From the NCBI GenBank assembly GCA_051362555.1, contig CM120644.1, positions 22,962,534 through 23,026,533 of the forward strand: a stretch of DNA of 64,000 bases, written 5' to 3'. The DNA comes from Lingula anatina (lineage: Eukaryota; Animalia; Brachiopoda). The position numbers were made by a program, and so were the translations under genes. Below, in pieces: positions 29,658 to 43,700 of this stretch; positions within the stretch are counted from its first letter, which is position 1; the number at the start of each line of letters is the position of its first letter. The notes beneath the pieces were generated by a model. That model had not been told where the DNA came from. It was given only the letters and a program-made list of their open reading frames with translations, and made no database searches.

Positions 29658-30797
29658 TTTGCCGAACATGCACCCAGGTTGACTTTAGTGGCTAAAGTCA
29701 GTTTTGCTGATATAGGTTATATAAGGAACCAAGATCGAGCTGGCAAAACCGAAATCTAGAACCTAGGGTAAGGCATATATGGTTGGAAGTAAAATTTTGC
29801 ACAGCAGGTCTGGAGAGTGACTATGCCCGCCGTTTATACCAAAGAAGAACTTGGTATGTTTTCGGGATAAAGCGTGCCAGGCGCAAACAAAAGAGCATCG
29901 CTGTTCACCTTGAAATGCTTCAAGATCCGCCTGTAGCTCACCTAACGGTGCCATACAATACACCATATGCAACAAGGCAGCAGTGTTGTTGACCATTGTT
30001 AAAATACACTGCACAAGTCGTAATTCGCTGCAGAACAGCGACCAAAACTCATGAAATCCCAGTTTTCTGAAGAAAATACACCATTATACTCCTGATTCGG
30101 TGTCTGTGCCAAGGTGTACTCATAGCAAAACGTGTTTCACCCAACAGAGTGAGAAACGCGGCTACGAATGGGAACGTCGGCTCTCTTGCCGCTAAATATA
30201 TCCTTGAAGGCATGTAAGGTTTTCTGATATAGCAAGGTTTCTTATTTGCGGCGCTATGCCCAAACTCCGTTTCATGTGGGAAGAGATTAGCCGAAGACCC
30301 TGAGGTGAGAACTTTTGCTCACGATGGCAGTTCTGTACATCTTAAGAAGCTTGAATCAATCTGGAACGTGTTCCTCAGAAGAAGAGTGATGCTGACGTTT
30401 TCATGTATATTCTGACGACGGATACGGTGCCTTTTTGTTAGAGCTCATTTTGTTTACACCGGTACATAATTTAGCAATATGGTCCATGTAATTTTTTTTT
30501 CAGTGATAAGAAAATTGAGAAAGAATACTAGTCCGCCTGCATTGAATCCTACTGAACAATACTGGGATACTCCAAACCGTGCTGAAAAAAAGGATAGAAG
30601 ACCAGTCAACTGCACGGGATGAACTGAGGCAGGCGATCTTGACGAAAGGTGAGTTAATATGCGCTATCAAGCTCCAGAAATTGATTAAGTCGGTATCTTA
30701 AAGATTAGATAACGCCATCTAGGTTTGTGGCAGCTACCCAAGATGTTGACTCTGTGGTTTAAAGGGATATTACTCTTCGTATGAGATCTATATTTCA

Positions 30798-30835
<38 letters not shown>

Positions 30836-33800
30836 TGAACAACTCATAGAAATATAATATAATATATTATGTTTTACCACAAAAACGGCAGTTATAGCTG
30901 TTATATATTCTGATATCTGAGCGTGTCTTTAGATCACGTGATCTACATTGATGGCTATACTCTGTAATAATTTCTTTAGAGATTATAACATAAGACTAAC
31001 TTTCAATGTTAACATGGATTAATTAACCATTGGTTAGTATGAGAAAACTGTTGATTACTTCAGGAAAATTCATTTTTTGAACAAAATAAGAGTTATTATC
31101 CCTTTAGTTCTTAATGTACAGTATTGCTTTTGGATGACTCTGCTTTTCTCCTCTTATTTCGGCTTTTTACCTCCGCCAAGGAGGTTATGTTTTTATCCCT
31201 GTTTGTTTATTTGTCTGACTGTCTGACTGTCATATGACTGTCATCATCATAACTCAAAAAGTTAGGGACCGGTTTTGATGAAATTTTCAGGAACTGTCAA
31301 AAGTGGACCAAGGAAGAGATGTTTAGTTTTTGGTGGTAATCCGGATCAAAAATCAATCAATAATAATTTATAATCAAAAGTCGCTACGTTGGCGGAGATC
31401 TGCACTGTCGGAGTGCTTTTCTAGTTTAGCGTACATTTAGCTTTTTTCCATTAATAACCGATAATGCCACAGATTTATAATTGGTCACTAGAACTTTAGA
31501 AGGTAGGCAAACGAAAAAGACTATCTAAATATACTGTAACATGAACGTAGAACATGGAATTTTTATAAAACAGTCATGAGGTGGATATAAGTTGCCTTAA
31601 TTTGAACCTACTGAAATAGTATGTGCATTTCTCTTTTGACGCATTCCGTCATTTTGAGAAACAGTGTTTGGTATGCTTATGGTACTGACAAGACACTTAT
31701 GATGTTTATATTAACCCCTACCCTAGGTTCTAGATTCCGGTATTGCCAGCTCGATCTTGATTTCATATATAACCTATATCAGCAATACCGACTCTAACGA
31801 ACAGCGGCCATGTTACACTTCCGTCAATTAAATAGAAGTTGAATGTCATCAGACCAAAATGAAACGTAAAACAGATTTAATTTTGCTATATTTAATTTGA
31901 TTTGCTGTATTTAAGATGTAAAGTGAAAAAAAATATATACATTTCGAAAAGAAAAAATAAATTCAATGTTTTTTTTTTTTTTTTTTTTTTGTTGCTTGTC
32001 AAATAACATTTAGTTCTGAGATATACACGTGCACAATACACGTGCTTGCCGTGTGCCAAATTTGACAGCTTAACTGTATGCCCGATACCACTATAAGAGC
32101 TGCGCAATTGATACACCAAAATCAGTTCTTAAAGCAGAATGTTGCTTGTGTTGTGGCACTGACCTCCGACTGTAATATATTTTCAATTCAAACTTCTAAC
32201 TCCGCGCCAGGTAATTTGCTTCTTGTCTCGTCTGCACGAGATAACTTCAGCGCAAGGCGGGAAAGGCAGCTCCAGGCGGCTAAACCTGTGACGTACGAGA
32301 CTTATGACTTCCAAATATGGTTCCAGGCGGACACAGCTGTGACGTGTGACTTCCAAATATGGAAGCGCCCCAAGCAAAATTTTGAAGAAGAACGCCCTCA
32401 GATTGTCGCTGTTCGTTAGAGCTAGTAAAATCGACTTCATCACAAGGTATATTTAACAAGGTAGCTTTTATGTTGCTCTGACACTCAGGGTAATTATCCC
32501 CTGGCCATGATTGAGACTATTTTCAACGTCTTTAATCGATGTGTCCTTTGCTACAAAAATGGATTTTTTGTAATTGTAAAGGTGGCAAAACTACAACTAA
32601 AAAGAGGAAAACCCGAATTGTAAAAATGACAAAACAACAACCCAAAGAGGGAAAATTTGTATTTTTAAAGTGGCACAGCTACAAACAAAAAGTAAAATTT
32701 TGGAAATTGTTAAGTTGAAAAAAATACTGCATGTCCTCATGTCCTCATGTAAAATTCAGTGTACATTCAGTGTACATATACATGATGCACTGGCAGTTAA
32801 GACATCATATGCGGCTCTGTATATTTTAAAAACCTTTGATATTCAACGTGATTTAAAGATCTGTAACTTGTGAATTGATTATTTTGTTTCCTGTAAACCG
32901 TGATCACCCCCCCTCCTCCCACACACAAACTATTGGTACTCTCATATGTACGTATTAAAATATTAGGTTTAAATCTAGACAGTAAAAGCACTTTTGATGT
33001 GAACAGCACAAAGGCGACGTACAGCTAGGCTTTTTAATCTGTTCTCACTACCGTGATCGTGTCTACGAACACGGTTACTCTTAACCGTGACCAAGCCTAC
33101 CGCCCACTTTATGAACAATGGAAGTAGGAGGATCGTTTAACAATGGATATTTAGCCAGTCGCGTGGCAGGAGAGCGTGTTCCGATCTCTCAACCTGGCAG
33201 GGGGCGACCGTCTTATTCAGGAAGCGTGTGCATTTAGGCGTGATGTCATTAATAGCCGCTAATTGCTGTCCGGTAAATATTGCACCGCTTCTTATTACTT
33301 CAAAAATCAAAGCATCTACTTACTGTACTTCGTCAGTTAAACGGGAATATATAAAGCGGGTTTAGCAGAAAATACAATTAACAGCATATTCACTTAAATA
33401 AACAAGTGTAAACACAAACCAACGCTCAATTTGAAGAGAATAAATAAAAAATGATAGTATGACTTTGACGTGTCGACACTAACGACTCCACCATTATCGC
33501 ACTCTACCACTCCATATCTGTTTGCAAATAATAGTATTTGGCAACATAACACTCAATCTACAAGTCAATAAAAATAAACAAAAAAATTAAATACGCTGTT
33601 CATTATCATTATTACAGGACGTGTTTATAAGCCTTGGTTAATTTATGAAAATGTCTCTTTTCTAGTTGAATGATATTAAAAAATTTACTATGAAGAGCAT
33701 CGCCACTACAGAGATAAGGAAGTAAACTCTTCATGACACTAAGATGGGTGCAAATGTGTACCCTCTCCAGCACCGTTAAAGGTCCACAAACAAATATACA

Positions 33801-36800
33801 CACATTTGTCAAGACGACAAGATAGATTTCACTACGATGTATCAAGTGTAATAATTGTTACATAAAGATTTCACTACGATGTATCAAGTGTAATAATTGT
33901 TACATATATATTCTGAATGTTGCTTACTTATAATTGCATTAAGAAAAAATCAGTATATCAATTAATTCAGTTTAAATAAAATCATCTGCAACAGAGGCTA
34001 AAAGCTGTGCACCTGGGACTAAGGGACTGCCTAAGCTCAAAAATATTGAAGACAAAGACAACTTCCTTTCTTTTCCGAGAGAACAATAACGGGGGCGAAA
34101 GGAGCAATTACAACGTGCAAACGTGCATCAGATAAGAAGCCCTACAATGTAGTTGCGATTTTATCTGCACTGGTGGTCACAAGCTGGTCTCATCCTTAAA
34201 TGCGATGGAGTTTGATACACCACACATGTAAACATACATATTTAAGAAAAAATCGAAAAACATTTGTACAACTGGTCTGTGGGACAGTCATTTACTTGTA
34301 TTGAAACTTAAAAAGCATCAAAAAGGGACTCACTTGTACAGTTGATATTTGAAGAATGACGCCGAAATATTTTCCTGTTCCTGCAGCGTACATTAACTGT
34401 ACTTGTGTATACATATAATTACGTACGTATTTATTCTCCTCTCGAAATATATCGCGCACAATTCTCTCGACAACTATCATCTTTATATGAGGAATGTTGA
34501 GGACATTTTGAAAAACAGGCAGTCTCAAAACAACTTTATCACTAATAGTCTATTCTAAATATTTAAATACAAATGCATTTACAAGGGCAAATACTGTATA
34601 TCATTTTGCTTGCTTATAGCCCGCATTCCTGAAGAAATGCATAGTCACACTTTACAAAGGTTGAAATGGTGTCGCCGACATAAAACAATCACACTTGGAA
34701 ATCAATGTTATGCTGGAGTTTTGTTATGTGATGTCAGGCATAGACCTGAAAAGGTTAATTTGATCTACATTAGTGCGTTAAACATCGAAACGAGGTAATT
34801 TCTGGTCGTGCGTCTCCGTCGATAATTAATATACCGGTATGATAGAAGAAAGAATCTTGACAATTTCCCTCAAAGTTATCTCTTCATTGTGTCGAGACGG
34901 GAGATGTGCATTGGCTATACAGTACTAAGCAACGTTCGTACATAAACCTTTATCTAATCACATCTGTCAGGACGTCAAGATAGATTTCACTTAGATGTTT
35001 CAAGTATAATTTCATATTTACTCCAAATGTGGCCTAATTAAAAGTCCCTAAAGAAAAAGCAGCATATCAAGTAATTTATTTTAAGCTAAATCATCTGCAA
35101 CAGAAGCTAAAAGCTGTGCACCTCGGACTAAGGGACTGCCTTTATTGAACTAAACTCAAACAACTTCCTTTCTTTTCATACAGAACAATAAAGGAGGTAA
35201 AAGCGGCAATTGCAGTGTATATACGTGCATTGTACAGTGTACATCAATTAAGGGGTCCGGTTGCTGTAAAGGGTGTAATTATATATATGTACTCCAATGA
35301 GGTCTTGGTGCGATTTTATGTACTATTAAAACAACCTTATACTAATGTCACTGGGTCCAGCAACAAGAAATTTAATTCACATCTTTCCTATTGATGTTAA
35401 ATGTAACAATCAGGGCTGAAGAGGCGAAATGGTTAAATAAATATGGGGCGGGGGGGGGGTATACTTTTTCGAGAGAGCCAAGGCGATTTTAATTTTATGC
35501 ACTTCGCACTGCTTCAGCAGGATTTCTGCACTCAAAGTCAAGGGATAAACAAGAAATATCATTAAATACAGTGCACATTAACAACCTACCAATCAATTGT
35601 ATATACTCTTAACAGCAGTGTACAGAAAAGATTGCATCTTTTGCTATGATAACGCTGTTTCATCAAACTTGAAATTTAAACGAATTTCAACCAAACACGT
35701 AATTAAAACTTTTTACAGCAGGTGATTAGTTGCACGTATTTTTTATTTAATTTTGTCATTTTGTAATAATCAACACATTTGACTTATGAAATCAAAATTA
35801 CTTAATTATTTCAGAACACCTAATGAGTGTACATGTAAAGGCACACGCTCACAGGTAGCGCGTGTCGATGTGGCAGTTGACAAACCTAAATCAAGCTGTC
35901 TAATTAATGTAGCCTTTCATTCATACTTCACTTTTTCAATTGGCTTGAGCATGTTATCGCGACTCTTATCGTTTCACCTTTAGAAGCCAAAATTAAGATG
36001 AAAGGGCAACATCGGTAAATTAATTATATTTCATTCAATTACAAAATTCTATTTTTGAAAATGTCTACGAAGTTTGGAATGCGGTGAATAAACAGAAATA
36101 TCATCAGTGCTTGAACCATGGTTAAACCCAACATTTAGTCTTCCATGTCTTAACAAAGGGCACGTGCCGTTCTACAACAGAACAATGCTTGGGACTAGCG
36201 GGGCGTATGATTGCACAGGCTGCTTGACGGGACACGATGTAGACAGCGGGGAGTCCGAGATGGTTACGATTGATAACTTAACAGCTTTAACTGTCGCTAT
36301 TTGCCCTGTTATTATCCACGCGGGGGTTATCAGGAGTCACGGTCGCACTGACCGTGACCTACTGTGAACGGTCTTATTGGCCTAGCTGTAAATCAATTTT
36401 GGGAGACATAGGGCTAGGCTCAATCATCATGATGGAATTACCCCATACACATTTAAACAAATGCAACTCACCGCTTTCATATTCACAATAACGGCCCCAC
36501 GTGCCTACTGGACAGTTACAGCCTTGGTGTAAATCCGCATATCCTCCATTTTGACAAGCTATATTAAGAATAAAGTAAAATAAACTGATTATAAGCAGAG
36601 TATGACCATGGCAAAGCTACAGGTAGAAGCAAAATCTGCATTGACAATCACACGTGCTGCAATTAAGTAAAATATAAAGATTTGGCAATAAATATGGAAT
36701 ATTTCAGTGTCAAAGGTATACATAGTTAAAATGCGTTTTTTTTCCAAAAAAAAGTCAGATCTTATAAAAAATATCTGGAGAAATATGTAGCCTGGTGTGT

Positions 36801-39069
36801 CCCTACCAATTAACTGACTACCGTGCCTCTTGCAGTGCAACATTGTGTTATATGCAGTGATTTGATTAGACAGTGCTCCTTTATGCTGGCCAAAGCTTGG
36901 CCTGAAATATTATTCCAGATTAAACACTATTAAACACTTGGTAGCTTTGGTAGCATCCAGATGAGGTCAGGCGTACTGTTGCTGTGACTTTGTGGGGCGT
37001 GTATCTCTTTTTAAGACCCTTATTTGGAAGATATGGAAATCCATATTAACGCTTTCAATGCCTGTCAAATGACATAGAATAGGCAGTGTATTTCTGTTTG
37101 CTTCTATGCCAAATTCAAGTAATGAACTGATATCACAATGATATCAAAGATATTATTTAAATTTATCAAAACAAAATTTTAATCGTTAATTACATTTATT
37201 AATCAGCAAAATCAGGAAATAATTATGATTTAGAAAAAAAAAAACAAGTCTGTATGTATAGGTTGTTTAATACATTTGTTATTGAGTTGATAAAGTATAT
37301 GTACATCAACACGAGACTAGGCGTGTCCAGGCCCATAGCCAGCAATTTCAAAAGGGGGGTTCGTTTTCTGAAAAAGTGGACCTTTTTCCATAAAAATATC
37401 ATGTACCTAGATCAAATTTTACCCAGAGTGGACCTTTTCCCAGCAAAAGGGGCGGTTCTTTCGAACCCCCGAACCCCCCTGGCTACGGGCCTGCGTGTCA
37501 GTAATTGTGGCTACACCCAAACATTCATATCTAAAATAGGTATAAGACAAGGAGATAACCTTAGCCCAGTCCTATTCAACATCTTCATAGATGACTTAAA
37601 AAGTGAACTCTACACAAACAATAGTGCAAAGGAAGTTGAAGGGTTAAAACACATTTTACATGTATATGCAGATGACCAAGTCTTGCTATCACAGACGAAG
37701 GAAGGACTTAAAACTCTTCTTAACAACCTTGAAAATTACTGTAAGCAGTGGAAACTAAAAGTTAATGAAAACAAATCAAAAATTAATAGTGTTCAACATG
37801 TCTGGTAGAATTGAGCCACACACCTTCTTTATAAATAGCAGACCAACAGAAATAGTCAAACAATACTCATACCTCGGGATAGTCTTTACTAACACAGGCT
37901 CACTAAAACATTCAATTGAAAATCTCATGCAAAAAGCCCTGAAAGCCACGTTTACTCTAAAGGGAATACTAGCATCACAAGAAATTTCATCACCCATACT
38001 TATCATGAATCTTTTCGACAAGATGATTAAACCCATTCTCTTATATGGATGTGAAATCTGGGCCCAAGAAATCTTCACAGAGAAAAAATATCATTAAATG
38101 AAATAAACAAAATGCCCTTTGAACAAATTCACTTAAAGATGTGTAAATGGGCACTTGGTGTGAGAAGGTCAGCTAGCAATAATGCCTGCCATGCAGAACT
38201 TGGACACCTCCCATTATACTTGGACATAGTCAAATTAGTATCAAGATACAGTGAAAGGCTGAATAACCTTCCAGAGCAAAGAATTGTCAAGCAAGCGTAC
38301 AATAGAGAACAAGCAAAAAGGGGAAAAACTGGTTTTGGGCAATGTCAAACTTGACTACATGTTGGGGACTAAATCACTCAAATTCAACCCTAACTGTCAA
38401 TAAAATTCACAAAAACCAAAATCTAAAAAGTGACATAACCGTCAAATTAAAATCAGATTTTTGGGAAGAGTTACACAGAGAGGAAAATAATAAGCTGAGG
38501 ACATACAGGAAAATTAAACATCAATATGAACCCGAACCATACTTAAAAACGAATATTTCACACACCCACAAAAAACTTTTGGCAAAAATGCGAATTAGTG
38601 TCCATGACCTAGAAATTGAAAAAGGGCGACATGAAAACCCAAAAACAAAACTTTCAGACCGAAAATGCCCCCATTGTAATGAGGTAGAAAATGAAATACA
38701 TTTTTTCCTAAAATGCGCCCATCACAAAATTGAAAGGAAATTGCTGTTCGAATGCGTAACAGAGGTTAACTTGCAAGGTCTAACAGACGAGGTCAAACAG
38801 CTTGACGTCATTCTAATCCCACCCACTGAACAGAGTGCAATTGCGGTAGGGAATTTTGTAAGTAAAATTATGAAAAAACGTAATTAACTGGAAGTCCAAA
38901 AAATGATTTCATGCATGTCACCTGTATATTAAGATAATGTATATTGTGTAACATTATATAATTTTTTTTTTCTCTTTCATTTACTTACTATCATTACTAT
39001 CTTTCCATATTTATAATATATAGTAGCTAGAGAGCCTCTAAATGTAAAAAACATTTCAGTGCTCAATAA

Positions 39070-39130
<61 letters not shown>

Positions 39131-40657
39131 GTTGTATACTACTGTGTATTGCTGCGACATCTGTTATCTGAAACCCAGGACGTGTCTTTGATTGTCGTGT
39201 TCCAGATACATCTATCTGGTCAGGCTATTACCTTGCGAAACACAGAACTAGAGAATGAATGTCTAGATTAAGATCAAAATTTAAAGTTTAATAACCAGTA
39301 TCTCACTGTACATATCCAACTTACGAACATAATACTGGCATTCCCGTCCCCTGTGGTAGGAGTCGCAATAACACTTGTGTTCTGTGTATTGGTACGGCCA
39401 GTACCATGCTTTCATCGGGTAACACGTTCCTCCATTCTGGCACGGATTGCTATAGCAGGGATCTTAAAAACAAATGACGCATTGAAAAAAAAGTTAATTT
39501 TTCCAACAAATTATTAAATGGTGATTACGTTTTTTTTTTTTTTTAGTTACGACGTCTGTACTAGGTAGAAATGCTATACATAATTATACCCGGTTCGTTG
39601 CACTTAAGATTCTATTTAAAGCAACTTCCACACAGCCTTTGTAAAACTATTGGCAACATAACAAACAACGACACGTTCAATAGGAAGACTGACCGTATGC
39701 TGTTGTTTCCGGTGTGAACGGAATGTAGGTCCGCCTAGTCACGGTGGTCCTACGGACCACCGTTCCTTAGGATTAGTAGTCCAAATGGGACCTGCATTCC
39801 TGTCATATATATGGATAGGACTTATATTCCTGGCGGCACTGCATTCCGTTTACATTAGTCAGCGAAATGTAGGTCTGCACTATTTTTATGTTCGTCCTTT
39901 TATATTAATAGGTAAAGGCAAGTGACATGAATAGTATGTTTTAGTGAGCATATATAAATAGTTCGTAAAATCGCCGATTTGCCGCTTCGTCTCTCTGCTG
40001 TAGTGGTTAGGCAGTGCAACAATGTATATCCAAAACAGTATACTTAAAGTAATATGATGGGAGTTTGAAGACTGAAGACTAAAAGACTGAAATTGCGTTT
40101 TTAACTTTTGTGTGATTTTTATGTCTTTGTCATGTTTGCTGGTCATCTAACTTTGCCACGTCGGATAATTTAGACTGGTGACATATGTCACGCGCTTTCT
40201 TGCACTACTATAAATACGTTCATATTCTGATACCACACCTTCACTTGACTTTTGATATGGAAGGGACGAGCAGCACCCGTTCAAGACCCATCATAGAGGT
40301 TATATTTAGTATTTGGAAGAGGGCACTTACCCGATAGGCACAGCACCGACCAACAAAAGAGTAATTCGAAGAACTAGCAAGTCGGATTATAAATAAGCTT
40401 TCATTTACAGTTACTTTTCATTATCTTCAAAATACACACAATTTGCCTTCACAGAGGCCATATTAGTTTACACACAGACATACATTTCCAAGAATGTAAG
40501 TCCGTCAGACCTATGCTCCTGGAATAAGTGTCCGGAGGACTACAATTTCTGAGATTTTAGGTCCGGGGAACTACTGTCTCTAGCATTTTGGGTGCGAGGA
40601 CAAATACTTATTATTGGATTTTCCGTCTAACTTCACTTACAGAAGAAAAGGCCTGTC

Positions 40658-40742
<85 letters not shown>

Positions 40743-43700
40743 TTGTAATGATCATTTCAGATTGAACATGACAAGCTATTTTATAAGTAAATCAGAGGAA
40801 AGTGAAGGACGTCTCGGATGACGGTAAGTGCAGTGATGATTATGGTCATGACGATGAACTTTGGCTAATAGTCATAAGGCAGAAAGCAGAAAGATCCATA
40901 GTTAGGGCCTTGTGTAGTAAAAGGAATATCAAAATCGGGAGCGTACATTCTACAAATTGAAGGGGGGTGCACCCTTCAAGGTGCCGTCAACGGCTCCAAT
41001 TTGAACATTTATCTGACAAATGAATACGTCTACTAAAACTTCTTACGTGTTATTTTTCATAATTATTTTTTTTCGTTCAGTTTGTGAATATCAAAATAAT
41101 AATAAGGTAATCACACCGGTCATTTAAATACACACATATTATTATTTATTATATGTACATGTAACTTCCATTTAAGTGTGATAGAAAAAGTCAAATCGGA
41201 CATATAGTCCTAGTATAAATCAGGAAAACAGGTCCCATCCGGACTTGCATTCCTTGCAATGGAACTTACATTCCTTGGTAACTGTTGTCCCAAGGACGTT
41301 AAATCCTAGTAACGTATGTCCTAGGACATCAATTCCTAGAAACGCTAGACCTAGGACTTGCATTCCCAGGACCAGTGTCCGGTCAGACTTGCGTTACTAG
41401 GACTACCATTCCGTTCACACCGGCATTGCTGAACATGAAATGGAAATATTTCAATTTAAATGTTTAAAAATATGTGATGTGACTAAATGCAAAATATACA
41501 GTAGTTGACTTAATGTTAGAAAATTTATTCTAATATATTGAAGATTCATTCCATTACATATAATACTACATAACATAAAATATCTTAGAGTTTTACTACA
41601 TGGTTTCACACCCATACCAGTTGTGATTTCGTTTGCCGCCGTGGTTTCTTCTGTAAAATATGAAAAATGCATAAGATACTTAGTAAATATTTGTTGCACC
41701 GTCTTGGACTGCAGTTATTAACCAAATGCTGCTTCTTGAAAAATGCTATATATTTCTAATCTTCAACGTGTTGATAATCCCAACAGGTGCTCTATCACGT
41801 GACAAAATGGTACATTTTTATACTTCTTATATTACTTTTACAAATTCTATTCAGACGCGTACTTTAACTAGGGTATAGATATAAATTGGAGGATATTTCT
41901 GTTCTTAAATGAAAAAAAAAAATAATAATAATAATAATAATGAAATGCACTTTTATAGAAAAAAAATCAACTTACGGTATCTATAAGCACCGTACTCGCA
42001 TTTTTGCCCGGTACGATAGTAAGGACAGTTACATCTGTAGCCAGTGTATGGCCAATAGTAACTGTTGGTACGTACACATGTACCGCCATACTGACAGGGG
42101 TTTTGGGAACAAGGATCTGAAATTGTGCATATTTAAATGAAGAGTAGTACCTGGTACTGAGACACTTTTAAATTAAAGATATTGAGCTATAAATAAAACT
42201 ATCAGCACAGTAGAATAGTATTTTGAGGCGTGCACATAAAAACTCAGACACACATTATACACATTACAATGTATCTTCAAAAAAACAGTAAAAAGCATCT
42301 GCAAGATTGCAATTACACAAACTTGTACCCGGTCCATTGCACATAGATTCTATATTTATAGCCACTTCAACACGGCCTATACAAAAGTCCTCACACCATA
42401 TCAAACAATGTAAGGGACACTAGAAAAGCTTACCGTATGTAGTTGCTTCTGGCATTTCTGGACATGAAATAAAAATATCCAATATTCGTTTTAATGTTTA
42501 AAAACCTGCGATATGCCTTATGTCAAAATATACAAGTAGTTGATTTAGTGTTAAACTATTTGTTTGATAACCAAATTGTGATTGACAAGGGGTTTCTAAA
42601 ATTTTAATTAAAAAAATATGATATTATAAAGCATGAACATATTTCAGAGTTTTACTCCCGTACCAGTTGTTATTTCGTTTGCCGCCGTGGTTTCTTCTGA
42701 AAAAGGTGACATAATACATAAAATACTTAGTTAAATTTTGCCGTTGAGTGTTGTTCTGCATTTGTTTATTTACCGAATAGCAACCAATGAAAAACGCTTT
42801 ACTTGTCCTTCATTTATAAACCGGTTGAATATTCATCTGTTGATAAATCTTACGTGTGCTTTGGCGCGCCATGAAATGATACTATCAGATAAAGATAGCG
42901 TAGATGCTATCATCACTCGTGTGTGATACAAAGCGCCGTACCTTGTAAAACGATATGTCAAACTTTGAGCAGCAATGATATAGGTTATACTATGCGCATT
43001 TGAATATATACCAAATTCATATTGTACAATTGCTTTGGTTAGAATTTATTTGGCGCATAAACCAACACAAGAACTTTTAAAAACACTTTAAAGATGGTAT
43101 ATAGTTATTCACCATAGTGCACCGTGGTGGCTGAGAAATCTGTGTCATTGTAACATGACACTCCAGCATCTTCACTATGTCCACAGTTGTGTTTACCCAG
43201 ACCTTGGTGAGAGCAATCAAATACACTGGACTCGTAGCCACTGCAGCGTAGGTCATCCAGCCATATCGGACCACGGCCTTGACCAAACCTGGCACTCGAG
43301 TAGGCTCTAGCATTGTATGGGCTGTAACAAGTGTAGAATTAGTAGGGTTTTACATTAGATGCATTGCAGACAGGAATTCAACTATCCAGACACCTTAAAT
43401 TCAACAACTACGTTAGACAAAATTGAAGACATTTTAGGATCTTGGGGGTATCGTTTCATTGTCCGAGTAGTCATTATATCTTTTTATTTAATGTGGGGAA
43501 ATTTTATGATTTAGATATCCATATTTTAGACAATGAATGCAAATACTGTTGCACTATTGTACACAGTACAATATTGTACACAGCATTGCGTCCTCGGCAA
43601 ATTCTGTACTGAAGTGCAAATTGACTCCAGTGTAAAATTGTGTTATTATATTTAAGGCCCAAAATTATACAATACTGTCAATGAAACTTTAACGAAAGTC

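Larger units (their letters stand above)
29693..31796. mobile_element. Non-autonomous DNA transposon with about 80-bp TIRs, hosting nested elements
   Basis: gctgatataggttatata...caagatcgagctggcaa...atctagaacctagggta at about 29693-29772 is inverted at about 31716-31796. Confidence 0.75.

Noticed and set aside
29783-29992. ORF with WYVFG resembling a Merlin/IS1595 transposase motif
   Set aside because: Only one short motif; catalytic DDE residues not found
34334-34396. 63-nt phase-compatible candidate exon ([21 protein letters not shown])
   Set aside because: No similarity to any module of the gene; splice signals alone are insufficient
36107-36367. GC-richer 86-aa plus-strand ORF
   Set aside because: Non-ATG start and no family motif recognised
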